A DNA stretch of 63,847 nt, counting the filler. It is 4 parts of 4 records of this genome, joined end to end, with 100 filler letters (N's around TTAATTAATTAA, not from the genome) between each part and the next. Parts side by side here need not be neighbours in the genome. Positions count along the whole stretch, not along the records: positions 39,806 to 55,687 come from DRR723986_3481; positions 55,788 to 63,847 come from DRR723986_3485; 2 more parts are not named here. One strand, 5' to 3'. The translations under genes and the position numbers were made by a program. Numbering within the stretch: the first letter of the stretch is position 1; each line of letters starts with the position of its first letter. Shown one piece after another: positions 49,946 through 59,138 of this stretch. The notes below the pieces were generated by a model. That model was given only the letters and a program-made list of their open reading frames with translations. It did not search any database and was not told the origin of the DNA.

Positions 49946-51790
49946 TCACAGGCCAAACTCCCCCCCAGACGCCAATCCGACGACTTCCAAGTCATAAGCA
50001 CCGGTCGATTGCCCCGAATAACCGCCTGCATTTACAAAAAACGTACCCGAAAAATCAGGGGCAAAAATGATCAAAGAATTCACCATAGATCCATCGGCAT
50101 TTGTGCCAAAGCCGCCGTCATCATTGAAAGCTATCTGTTGGCCGCCTGCGTCCATCAACCGGAGGAAGCTATCCAGGCGAGAACCCACTGAGGCATTCTG
50201 GAAGATCGCGTATGACCTCCCTGCCTCAAGTTGAACTGAAAACCAATCATAGTCACCGTTTGCGTTGATTGAAGAAGACACAACTTGCCCATCCGGCAAG
50301 ATAGATGAGGTGGTAAAAATATTGCCGAGAATATCGCCGACTGGGCCATCCGCTGGACCACCGACTGGGGCCAAGCCCTCAAACGGATTGTCGAACACAC
50401 CAGAAACCTGGATCAGAAAGTCATCTTCCGCCGCCACAGCATAGAACTGGTCACTCAGACCTTTAGCTGTCACAATACTATCCTGTGTACCGTCGAAACT
50501 GTCCATAACAGTTCGCGCGTCGGCAGTGTCACTCATGCCAAGAATTGTTGAGAAATAGATACCAATGTCAACTTTGTTGTCCAAAAACGCAACGTCGTCT
50601 GCCTTTTGTGCTATGAACTCGTCTGTCGCTCCATCAGCATTCTCGGCCCTAACCCCACGCAGAACTTCTAAAATAAATGTGTCACGCCCAACTAAGCCAG
50701 CGTTTAGAAGTCCTACCCAAAATTCCAAACCCGTTGGATCAGGTGTGCGCCCCAACACATTGTTGTAGACAGCTTCTGCGAATGTTTCGTTTGAGGTGCC
50801 AGATGGGTAGGTCGCAGCATATTCCGGCGAGTTAAGAAATGCTCGCGCGGACTCTTCCATCGAAAAACCATTGGCAAAAGCACTGGCCCAAAAGAAGAGA
50901 CCTTCTGCATCAGGCGCCCTATTAAAATAAGCGATGTAGAGTTCAGTGAATTCCCGGAACGCTATCTCTGGGAGATCTCGAAACCCTAGGTACTTCCCCG
51001 CTTCCCAGGTTCCACTTCCGGATACTGAAAGAAACTCTAGCACTTCCACATCGACGATTTCAGTTTCGATTGAAGATGACTTCCCTTTTACCTTGATCGA
51101 GTCGCTCGAAATCAGAATGTCAGTGCTACTCTTGAATAGAGATGTATGAAGCGTATCCACCCCCCCACCGCCATCGAAAAGACCATTACCGACATGGAAA
51201 GCAGTGTCGTTTCCAGCCTCACCAAAAATCTCTTCGTTACCGAGGTTTCCGTTTAGCCGGTCGTCACCGGCACCTCCATAGATGGTGTCGTTCCCAAGGC
51301 CACCCTCTATGTAGTTATCTAGCTCATTTCCGTCTATTCGCTCACTGGCAGACGTACCGAAAATCTCAATTTCAAGCTGCGGAGGGGGAGGAGGAGGGGG
51401 AGGAGGCACAACAAAGCTAACCTCTCCCAGCGAACGCAAGAAATTTAGGAATGCAGAACTTGATCCAATAGTACCAAGCGTAGCGTTAAAGTAAGTTGAG
51501 TATTCAAGTTCTAGGCCTGAGATGACGTAAGTGATATCGCCCTGCAGGGAACGTTGAGTTATCGTGTTTATCGTCCCACGAGTACCATATTCGCTGAAAC
51601 TGCCTTGCAGTTCCATCGTGTGCACTGTGAAAGACGTACCGAATGCATCGTTTTTTACCCGAGCGGTCCCGAACAGAGTATCGCCCGAAGGCAGTCGAGG
51701 CCCATTGAATGTGTCAGAAATGCCTTCAGGCACGAATGTATGCTCAATCTGCCGCCTAGGCAGATCGTTGAAAATCTCAATTTCGATCAA
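49946..51790 (-). CDS. Surface/secreted protein with RTX Ca-binding repeats, DUF4214 (S-layer-like) and C-terminal PPC domain
   Basis: GGLGNDTIYGGAGDDRLNG, LYIAYFNRAPDAEGL.FW, YNNVLGRTPD..GLEFW, GDYDWFSVQLEAG..NDDGG; poly-Pro linker. Confidence 0.82.
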   Translation of the reverse strand: MIEIEIFNDLPRRQIEHTFVPEGISDTFNGPRLPSGDTLFGTARVKNDAFGTSFTVHTMELQGSFSEYGTRGTINTITQRSLQGDITYVISGLELEYSTYFNATLGTIGSSSAFLNFLRSLGEVSFVVPPPPPPPPPQLEIEIFGTSASERIDGNELDNYIEGGLGNDTIYGGAGDDRLNGNLGNEEIFGEAGNDTAFHVGNGLFDGGGGVDTLHTSLFKSSTDILISSDSIKVKGKSSSIETEIVDVEVLEFLSVSGSGTWEAGKYLGFRDLPEIAFREFTELYIAYFNRAPDAEGLFFWASAFANGFSMEESARAFLNSPEYAATYPSGTSNETFAEAVYNNVLGRTPDPTGLEFWVGLLNAGLVGRDTFILEVLRGVRAENADGATDEFIAQKADDVAFLDNKVDIGIYFSTILGMSDTADARTVMDSFDGTQDSIVTAKGLSDQFYAVAAEDDFLIQVSGVFDNPFEGLAPVGGPADGPVGDILGNIFTTSSILPDGQVVSSSINANGDYDWFSVQLEAGRSYAIFQNASVGSRLDSFLRLMDAGGQQIAFNDDGGFGTNADGSMVNSLIIFAPDFSGTFFVNAGGYSGQSTGAYDLEVVGLASGGEFGL

Positions 51791-51914
51791 AGCATTTTCC
51801 CCCGAACAATCGTGGTATTTCTATCAAGAATATTGGCAGTCTTGTCAGGGTTGAATTCTTTCCAATAAAAGTCAATAGGTAGAGACTTTTGGCGTACGAG
51901 ACCCCATTTTCTTC

Positions 51915-52205
51915 TTAATCCTCGCTTGACGACAAGCTCACGCGAAAGGGAGTGGAAATGCGTTCTGTTGGTCTGGTGCTCCAATCCACCACCGAGCAGA
52001 GAAGCGGAATTCTCTGCGCTGGGCTGACCCCTTTAACGAGCAGTGCCCCCGGCGACGGCATGACATGGGGCGCGAGGCGACACCGCAGATTAACCCGCTC
52101 TATTTCTCGCAGATCACAGTCAGTCCTGATAGCGGCGAACTGCAGAGCTTGGTCATAGTTCGGGCTCGTGCCTGTGGTTTCGAGGTCATAGAACACAAAA
52201 CTCAC
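51915..52205 (-). pseudogene. Exodeoxyribonuclease I (SbcB)-like N-terminal fragment
   Basis: FVFYDLETTG..DQALQFAAIRTD..PSPGALLV. Similarity ends after about 65 aa; ExoII/III motifs are absent. Confidence 0.75.
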
Positions 52206-53242
52206 GCTGCAACCCTGCTGTCTTCAGCCTCACTTGGCAGCGAGTACGGGAGCACAGACGCTATTTGCTCCGCATCCCCACGAGCTAGCAACCACAATTC
52301 AGGAAGGGGCTGTTTCTTTTGAGATGTTGCCCTGTGTCTTGCGTCCCACGCGCCGCGATCTGACCTCAGTGTTTTTTTTGCTCGGGCAGATGTGACCAAT
52401 GGTATATCGCACGGCTCAGAGGTTCGCTTGGGAATCCCCGGCTCATAAGGTCCCGTGAGCTTTGGTGTTCGTGTTTTTTTTGAGATCAGTGCGCTGAGAG
52501 ACTGCACTGCAGACGGTGAAACGGCGCCTTGATCGACAGCGAGGTCGAGGGCGTCCGGGCAGAAGAATAGAGCCCCGTCGTCGTCAACGCATCGTACTGC
52601 AGGCACCGCAAACGCGCCATCCGACCAAAAGTCACAGGGGTCGGCAAAACACCCGACCAGCTCCTCTGATGAAATCATCATTTCATGAGCGAAGTCGTGG
52701 ACCAAGAAAGGCGATAGGCCTTCTTTCGCGAGTCCAGCAACATCAGATTGCCCAGTCAGATAAAGTTGCCAAGCTACACGGATGTCGTCTGTGGACGCGC
52801 GAGACACATTGTAGGGATCAACGACCTCAAGGCAATCCTTACAGAAGGCCCGAAACCCAAAAGGATCAGAGGCGGAGGTCAGCGTCAAGCGCTCCTCGCT
52901 CGCGAACATGGCAACTTCCGCCACACTGGTTGTGCCATCTCCATACCTAATCAAGTGCTCAGCCTCTGCGTGGGTCGGCCGTACCTCTCGGGCCCCCCTC
53001 CTGCCCTCCACAATGATCTCTCCAAAATCAGGGCTCAGATGAGCGCTTATTCCGAACTCAGATATTAGCGGTGAGGGCTCCAAAGTGTCCCCCCAGAACC
53101 AAGGCTCGTACGGCAGGCTCAGCAGGCCCCACCTGATGCCGGGGAACTCCTCGGCAAACGCGAATAGTGCTTTTGTGTTGTGGTACGCTGAGGCGCATGA
53201 CACCGCTTCGGCAGGAGGGTTGTACGCATGCTGCTGCACCAC
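52202..53242 (-). CDS. Hypothetical protein
   Basis: 346-aa ORF; GTGA overlap with the exonuclease fragment; start uncertain. Confidence 0.55.
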   Translation of the reverse strand: MVQQHAYNPPAEAVSCASAYHNTKALFAFAEEFPGIRWGLLSLPYEPWFWGDTLEPSPLISEFGISAHLSPDFGEIIVEGRRGAREVRPTHAEAEHLIRYGDGTTSVAEVAMFASEERLTLTSASDPFGFRAFCKDCLEVVDPYNVSRASTDDIRVAWQLYLTGQSDVAGLAKEGLSPFLVHDFAHEMMISSEELVGCFADPCDFWSDGAFAVPAVRCVDDDGALFFCPDALDLAVDQGAVSPSAVQSLSALISKKTRTPKLTGPYEPGIPKRTSEPCDIPLVTSARAKKTLRSDRGAWDARHRATSQKKQPLPELWLLARGDAEQIASVLPYSLPSEAEDSRVAA

Positions 53243-53682
53243 AATAGGCCGAGCTGGCCCCGCTGGACAGGCCGGGACGCGGCGCTCACTGTCTTGCGTG
53301 GCTTCTGATCTGGGTGAGGCCCTATGAGCTTGGCATTAGGCTTGGATGGCTGCGCTTTTGCGCTTGGCACGCGAGGGATAACTCGATTAACCACAACCAA
53401 GTTCAGCGCTCGATAGTGAGCAAGCCAGTCCTGCTCTTTGGCTTCGAGATCCTCCAGCGCAATACCGCTCTCCAAAATAATGAAGGAAGGATTTCCTTTA
53501 GCGTACATGTCCCTAACATATAGATTGTGGCTGTGGTGTTGGTGTTGGTACTGCCGCCTGACGGGGTTGTCCGTGCTGCCGATGTAGCGAGTGCCGAGCT
53601 CCTCGTTTTCGATCAGGTAGACACAGTGCAAATTTTGTTCGGCTTGTTTGTGAATCTTGGTTGGGCTTGTGGCTTTTTTCAT
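53119..53682 (-). CDS. GIY-YIG nuclease-domain protein
   Basis: CVYLIEN..RYIGST..RR..QH..E..N catalytic pattern. Confidence 0.75.
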   Translation of the reverse strand: MKKATSPTKIHKQAEQNLHCVYLIENEELGTRYIGSTDNPVRRQYQHQHHSHNLYVRDMYAKGNPSFIILESGIALEDLEAKEQDWLAHYRALNLVVVNRVIPRVPSAKAQPSKPNAKLIGPHPDQKPRKTVSAASRPVQRGQLGLLWCSSMRTTLLPKRCHAPQRTTTQKHYSRLPRSSPASGGAC

Positions 53683-53870
53683 TCGTTAGTGCTCTTGCTA
53701 AATATCCCTCTATCCATTTGGCGGGCATGGGCCCTTGGGGTGGGTGGCGGTCGATTTGTTAGTGCTGCACCCCCAGAAAACGCAAATTCACCCTGCCCAG
53801 CGCTGGAATGCGCAAGGGTATTTCAGAAAAAAGGCGTTTCTAGGGATTTGGTATGCTAGGCTGTTGGTGG

Positions 53871-54089
53871 TCAAAGGATGCCCTCAAGCTCCTGTGCCAT
53901 GGTCTGTACTGTTCGCCGTTCGGCAAGCAGCTTATTGATCAGGGGGCGCAGTTCTGGGCGCTTTTGATCCTTGGAGATGCCCGCAATCAGCCTGATGGCG
54001 TTGTCAATTTCTTTGATATACGTGGTATCGTCGCCGCTGATGGGAGCAGATGCAGCGGGTGCTGCGGTGGTTGTCTGTTGTTCGATCAA
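53871..54089 (-). CDS. Hypothetical protein
   Basis: 72-aa ORF downstream of the integrase with GAGAGG RBS. Confidence 0.55.
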   Translation of the reverse strand: MIEQQTTTAAPAASAPISGDDTTYIKEIDNAIRLIAGISKDQKRPELRPLINKLLAERRTVQTMAQELEGIL

Positions 54090-54195
54090 AGGATGACCCT
54101 CTCATGTGTGGTCCCGTCCTTTGTGTCGTGGGCATTGGCCCTTTGGGATTCGATTTGTGTACAGATTAGAGCCGAAGTGACTCCCGTGCGCTAGT

Positions 54196-55506
54196 CTATA
54201 GCGCCACTTTCTTTAGGGCCTCATGGCGAACCTCATCCCCTCCCCCTGTCCCGTAGCGTATTTCCTGCAATGCGTGCCCAAAGATGTCACGGCGAACACG
54301 GTCCAAGACTCCAGCCTCAATCATGCGATCCTCCAGTGAGTGCCGCAGGCCGTAAAGCGTGTGGCTTGGCGTCTCCATCAGCTTGTTATCACGCATGAAT
54401 TTGTTGATCGCTGCTGACTCAGTTCCCTTGCCTGCATACCGCGGAAATAGGTCCTCACTGCGCTCAGCCTCGGCCTTCATCTTGGCATCAATTGCCGCGT
54501 CCAGTGAAACGCCAACAAGCGGGATGCGGCGCTTGGAGTTTTTGTTCTTGAGCTCCCGGCCTTCGGGCTTGATATCAATCATCGGGATAGGCCCATCAAG
54601 CAGAACGTGGTGCGTCTTGAGCCCACTGATCTCGCTCACCCGACCACCCGTGTTGACCATTATCAGAGCAATGCGTCGCGCCTCGTCATTCATTCCGCTC
54701 AGAGCGTCAGGTGCCAGCAGTTTGTCGGTGATCCATTCACGGGAGAACGCGGCCCGTGTGTTGACCTCAGCCCCTTCAAGGGTCAGGTCAGACAAAGGCA
54801 GATCGAGATCAAGCTCCATTTCACGGTTGGCCGTCTTGAGAATCTTCGCCAGCGTGTGAATGCGCTTGTTTGCGGTGGCCGTCTGGATTTTGCCCGCGTC
54901 CACTTGGGTTTTGAGCCATCGCGTGAACACCCGCATGTTCTGCCGTGTGATCTCTGCAAGGTCCAGATCGCCAACAGCCTCGACAAACTGGTTCACCACG
55001 AGGGCACGAGGATCGCGCCAGTTCTTGACTTGCCGGTCAGTCTTGGCGCTCAAGGCTCCGGTTTCCTCGGCGTGACGAAAAAAGAAGTCGAGCGCGGTAG
55101 TGATCGACACGCGCGGCTCATCCACAAGGCCGAACGCCGCTGTTTGACGGGCCTCTCGCGGGATCTCTGCGAAAGGCTCATCAGGGCGTTCAACCGCAGC
55201 CGCACGGCGCAGGATCTCGGCAACGGAAATATCAGCAAGGTCTGCTGCGGAGCGGTATTGCAGCCCCATGCGCCCTGCATCCTCTTTGGCTTTCTTGAAG
55301 CGACGAGCGGCGCTGTCGCTGTTACCATCGAGAGCATCCTCCCATCCGGCGATCATTTCCGCCCAAATGCGGGATGCTTTGCCCTTGGCCTCAAACTCGC
55401 TGTCTGTTTTTAAGCTCATCGAGATGGTGTGTTGATCTTCGATGCGGCTATAAACGGTTGGCACCCGCTTTCTGAGCCACCAAACCTTGCCTCTTTTTAC
55501 GATCAT
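54196..55506 (-). CDS. Tyrosine integrase with N-terminal DUF6538 domain
   Basis: WWLRKRVP..SLKTDS N-domain; catalytic R (TGGRVSEI), K (LKNKNS), YGLRH, FGH, RYG. Confidence 0.9.
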   Translation of the reverse strand: MIVKRGKVWWLRKRVPTVYSRIEDQHTISMSLKTDSEFEAKGKASRIWAEMIAGWEDALDGNSDSAARRFKKAKEDAGRMGLQYRSAADLADISVAEILRRAAAVERPDEPFAEIPREARQTAAFGLVDEPRVSITTALDFFFRHAEETGALSAKTDRQVKNWRDPRALVVNQFVEAVGDLDLAEITRQNMRVFTRWLKTQVDAGKIQTATANKRIHTLAKILKTANREMELDLDLPLSDLTLEGAEVNTRAAFSREWITDKLLAPDALSGMNDEARRIALIMVNTGGRVSEISGLKTHHVLLDGPIPMIDIKPEGRELKNKNSKRRIPLVGVSLDAAIDAKMKAEAERSEDLFPRYAGKGTESAAINKFMRDNKLMETPSHTLYGLRHSLEDRMIEAGVLDRVRRDIFGHALQEIRYGTGGGDEVRHEALKKVAL

Positions 55507-55515
55507 GTTCTGCCC

Positions 55516-55546
55516 TGTGTACAAAATGTGTTACGTTTTGTGTTAC
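55516..55546. repeat. Direct repeats TGTGT(T)AC, putative integrase arm-type sites
   Basis: TGTGTACA 55516, TGTGTTAC 55527 and 55539; further TGTGTACA copies at 55628 and 54156. Confidence 0.55.
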
Positions 55547-55637
55547 AATATCGCAGGCGAACGAACAATCCACGCCCAGCGCGTTGCTTGAAAGCCCTTG
55601 TTTATATGATATAGAGGTAATTGGGAGTGTGTACAAG

Positions 55638-55687
55638 TGGCGGACCATAGAGGATTCGAACCTCTGACCTCTGCCTTCGGAGGGCAG
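55638..55687 (-). tRNA. tRNA-Arg(CCG), 3' part (gene cut by contig end, or att duplicate)
   Basis: Minus strand reads CTGCC-CTCCGAA-GGCAG (anticodon arm), AGAGG-TTCGAAT-CCTCT (T arm), ..GGTCCGCCA. Confidence 0.88.
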
Positions 55688-55787
55688 NNNNNNNNNNNNN
55701 NNNNNNNNNNNNNNNNNNNNNNNNNNNNNNNTTAATTAATTAANNNNNNNNNNNNNNNNNNNNNNNNNNNNNNNNNNNNNNNNNNNN
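55688..55787. other. Artificial contig spacer
   Basis: N44-TTAATTAATTAA-N44. Confidence 0.98.
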
Positions 55788-56947
55788 CGCATCGGGTTCA
55801 ATTTGGTGATCTGGCTGCCCACCATCCGGATCAGTTTGGGACCAAAGAGGAACAGGCCAAAGGAGATGCCAAAGGCGCCGATGATCATCACCCACATCGG
55901 GATAGACACTTTGGAGGCGAAATCACCAAATTCAGTCGCGTGCACAATCGCGGCCAGCGGGCCAACCGCATTGGCAACGTCGTTGGCCCCATGGGCAAAG
56001 CTGAGGAAGGCGGCTGACACAACCAAAGGCAGGCCAAACAGGGTTTTCAGAGACCGTGTGCGGTTCTCCAGACCTTCGGATTTGCGGCGTACCCAAGGGA
56101 CGGTCGCGGCCCATGTCACGACTGCTGTGGCCAAACCGATCAGGACTGCGACCTCTAGCTCAATCTTAACGATCCGCTTGAGACCTTTGACTGACAGATA
56201 GGCCGCAAAAGCGCCAGCCATAATGGCTACGAGGATGGGAACCCAACGGCGCGCGGCGCCGATTTTGTCCTCTTGGTATTGGATTTTGGCTTTGATGATG
56301 GCCAGAAACAGAGCTGCAATGGCCCCGCCCAGAACGGGTGAAATCACCCAGCTGGCGGCGATCTTGCCCATTGTGGGCCAGTTTACTGCGGCCATGCCTG
56401 CAGCCGCGATCCCTGCGCCCATAACACCACCGACGACCGAGTGCGTGGTCGAAACAGGGGCGCCGACCCAAGTCGCAAGATTCACCCATAGCGCCGAAGA
56501 GATCAGCGCGGCCATCATCGCCCAGACGAACACTTCGCTGTTTTGAACGGACATCGGGTCGATGATGCCTTTGGAAATGGTCGAAACCACGTCGCCCCCT
56601 GCCAGCAGAGCACCGGCACTTTCAGCGATTGCTGCGATGACAATGGCCCCGCCCATAGACAAGGCATTTGCGCCAACAGCCGGACCCATGTTGTTGGCAA
56701 CATCGTTTGCCCCGATGTTGATAGCCATATAGGCGCCAACGGCTGCGGCTGCGATCACGATATAGCTGCCGGGCGTGTCGCTAAAGAAAATGGCGGCGAT
56801 CAGGGCGGCTGTGATGATAAAGGCCATCGCAATGCCGGTGCCGATCAACGGTCGCGCCACGTATGATGTGGCGAGTTCCATCCGTGAGATCCTGTTCAGA
56901 TCCTTGTCCAGAGTGGTCCATTTGGTCTTGTTTGGGCTATGTGTCAT
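55788..56947 (-). CDS. pit: PiT-family inorganic phosphate transporter (3'-partial)
   Basis: Two GANDVAN motifs and PVSTTH. Confidence 0.93.
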
Positions 56948-57013
56948 GGCCGAGGCTTTCCATCCAGTGGTCGCGCCTGCGGTTAGAGACTCATGGGCGT
57001 TGAGGCAAGTGTA

Positions 57014-57031
57014 CTGTCATGAAACTGACGT
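57014..57031 (+). promoter_or_regulatory. Putative Pho box
   Basis: CTGTCAT-GAAA-CTGACGT (11-bp direct-repeat period) about 70 bp upstream of pit, on the opposite strand. Confidence 0.6.
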
Positions 57032-57038
57032 AAAGGTG

Positions 57039-57497
57039 TTACAAATGCCGCAACAAGGCTTGCAATTGGGGCTCGCGGACCAGGTTGGCGGCTTCTTTGG
57101 TCGAAATCCAGCGACGCTCGCGTTGCCCAGCTTCGGGATAGTCATCTGCTAGCGTGGCCACGTCGATTCGATACACATTGGCGCGGACAGGCTGAGAGAC
57201 ACCATCAAACAGCTTTTTGTCATAGTGGTATTGGCCAACCGGTTCCGGATCATAGCCTGCGCTTTTCACACCAGCCTCTTCCCAGGCTTCTTGGGCGGCG
57301 GCCTCGGCCCCGTTCATGCCGGCGATGTGCCATCCCTTGGGAACGATCCAGCGTCCGGTTCCACGACTGGTGATTAGCAGAACCTCTTGGCCTTTGGGGG
57401 TTGTGCGCAGACACAAAGCAGCGACCTGCACCTGATACGGGCGCTGGATCAGAGGTTTTACAACCTCGTGCCAAGCTTTGGTCCATTTTTCAGTCAT
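57039..57497 (-). CDS. NUDIX hydrolase
   Basis: LLITSRGTGRWIVPKG..AAAQEAWEEAGV Nudix box. Confidence 0.9.
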   Translation of the reverse strand: MTEKWTKAWHEVVKPLIQRPYQVQVAALCLRTTPKGQEVLLITSRGTGRWIVPKGWHIAGMNGAEAAAQEAWEEAGVKSAGYDPEPVGQYHYDKKLFDGVSQPVRANVYRIDVATLADDYPEAGQRERRWISTKEAANLVREPQLQALLRHL

Positions 57498-57666
57498 CGC
57501 GCGTTTCTGCTCGTTTTGGCGCTATTATGCGCTTCAATTCGTTCAGAACATAGGTATTTTTTCACAGAGTGCAACGTTTGCCTCTGGAAACTAATCGCAC
57601 CGGGTCATCTTGCGTCCCCTGTCGTCCTGACGCAGATTGCAGGAACCAAGACCACAGAGGTGATGG

Positions 57667-59067
57667 ATGAGCAAAGCACGGATCGGCGTATACGGGCTGG
57701 GAACGATGGGCAGCGCTTTGGCGTTGAACTTTGCCAGCCGTGGCATCCCGACTGCTGTTTGTAACCGCGAGAGCGAGTGGATCGCCCCGTTTCTGCAAGA
57801 GGCAGGGCCGCTGGCGGATCATCTGCGTGGCGCTGAAACATTGCAGGGGTTTGTCGCAAATCTTGAGGCCCCGCGGTTGATATTAATGATGATCCCGTCC
57901 GGCGCACCTATTGATGCGATGATTGCGCAATTGCAGCCCTTGCTGGAGGCGGGGGATACGGTGATTGATGCAGGCAACGCTGACTTTAACGACACGCGCC
58001 GTCGGTCCGAGGATTTTGCCGGTACCGGGCTTCATTTTGTGGGGATGGGCGTTTCCGGTGGCGAAAAAGGTGCGCGCACCGGTCCATCGATGATGGTGGG
58101 CGGATCGACGCACAGTTGGGCCCAATTGCGCCCGGTGTTAGAGCCGATTGCGGCGCGGTTTCAGGGATTGCCCTGCGTGGCGCATGTGGGGCCAGACGGG
58201 GCCGGGCATTTCGTTAAGACCATACACAACGGCATCGAATACGCTGACATGCAGATGATTGCCGAGGTTTATGGCTTGCTGCGTGATCATGCAGGGATGG
58301 CGGCTGCTGACATTGGCGCCGTGTTTGCAGGATGGAATGATGGCCCCCTGTCGTCGTATCTGATCGAAACCACGGCCAAGGTGTTGCAAACCATTGACCC
58401 GGAGACCGGCAAGCCACTGGTGGATCTGATCCAAGATCAGGCAGGGCAAAAGGGCACCGGTCGGTGGACCTTGATCGAGGCGCTTAAGTTGGGTCAGTCA
58501 GCCTCGACAATCGAAGCTGCTGTTGGAGCGCGCGCGTGGTCATCTGCAAAAGAGACGCGTGTTGCGGCGGCCGATGTGCTGCCTGCGGGGGCTTTGGATG
58601 CGGGATTGCCCGCGCCGGATGTCTTGGCACAGGCGCTGTTTGCGGGGCGTATCCTGGCGCATATCCAAGGATTTGAGATTTTGCGCGCTGCCTCAGTTGA
58701 ATTTGAGTGGGCGCTGGATCTGGCCGAGATTGCCGAAATCTGGCGCGCAGGCTGCATCATCCGGTCCAGTCTGTTGGATGATCTGGCCGAGATGTTACGT
58801 GCAAGCGGGTCAGAGCCCGTTTTGCTTGCACCGGCCGTGGGTGAATTGTTGACGCCCATCCTGCCTGCGTTGCGCCAGACTGTGTCGGCTGCGGTGCAAT
58901 CAGGCCTGCCGGTACCTGCCTTGGCAGCGGCGCTGAGCTGGTATGACAGTGCGCGGCAGGCGCGCGGTACCGCCAACTTGATCCAAGGCCAACGCGATGC
59001 CTTTGGGGCGCATGGGTTCAAGCGGGTGGATCACGATGGGGTCCATCATGGCGATTGGGGCGCCTAA
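57667..59067 (+). CDS. gnd: 6-phosphogluconate dehydrogenase (NADP+, decarboxylating)
   Basis: GLGTMG, GVSGGE, VKTIHNGIEY, QKGTG.WT and QRDAFGAH motifs. Confidence 0.95.
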   Translation: MSKARIGVYGLGTMGSALALNFASRGIPTAVCNRESEWIAPFLQEAGPLADHLRGAETLQGFVANLEAPRLILMMIPSGAPIDAMIAQLQPLLEAGDTVIDAGNADFNDTRRRSEDFAGTGLHFVGMGVSGGEKGARTGPSMMVGGSTHSWAQLRPVLEPIAARFQGLPCVAHVGPDGAGHFVKTIHNGIEYADMQMIAEVYGLLRDHAGMAAADIGAVFAGWNDGPLSSYLIETTAKVLQTIDPETGKPLVDLIQDQAGQKGTGRWTLIEALKLGQSASTIEAAVGARAWSSAKETRVAAADVLPAGALDAGLPAPDVLAQALFAGRILAHIQGFEILRAASVEFEWALDLAEIAEIWRAGCIIRSSLLDDLAEMLRASGSEPVLLAPAVGELLTPILPALRQTVSAAVQSGLPVPALAAALSWYDSARQARGTANLIQGQRDAFGAHGFKRVDHDGVHHGDWGA

Positions 59068-59138
59068 GCTGAAATTTACACGAAATTATTGACGCAGGCG
59101 TGGGAACGCCGCGCCTTGGTCTGAAGGGGACAGCATCA

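Larger units (their letters stand above)
39806..55687. mobile_element. tRNA-Arg-associated integrative phage-related element (partial; satellite-like or degraded prophage)
   Basis: Integrase next to the tRNA 3' half; terminase, gpZ-like, HTH and defence/cargo genes; left end missing. Confidence 0.8.

Noticed and set aside
51381-51406. GGA-rich run as G-quadruplex or microsatellite
   Set aside because: Explained by the poly-proline linker codons on the minus strand.
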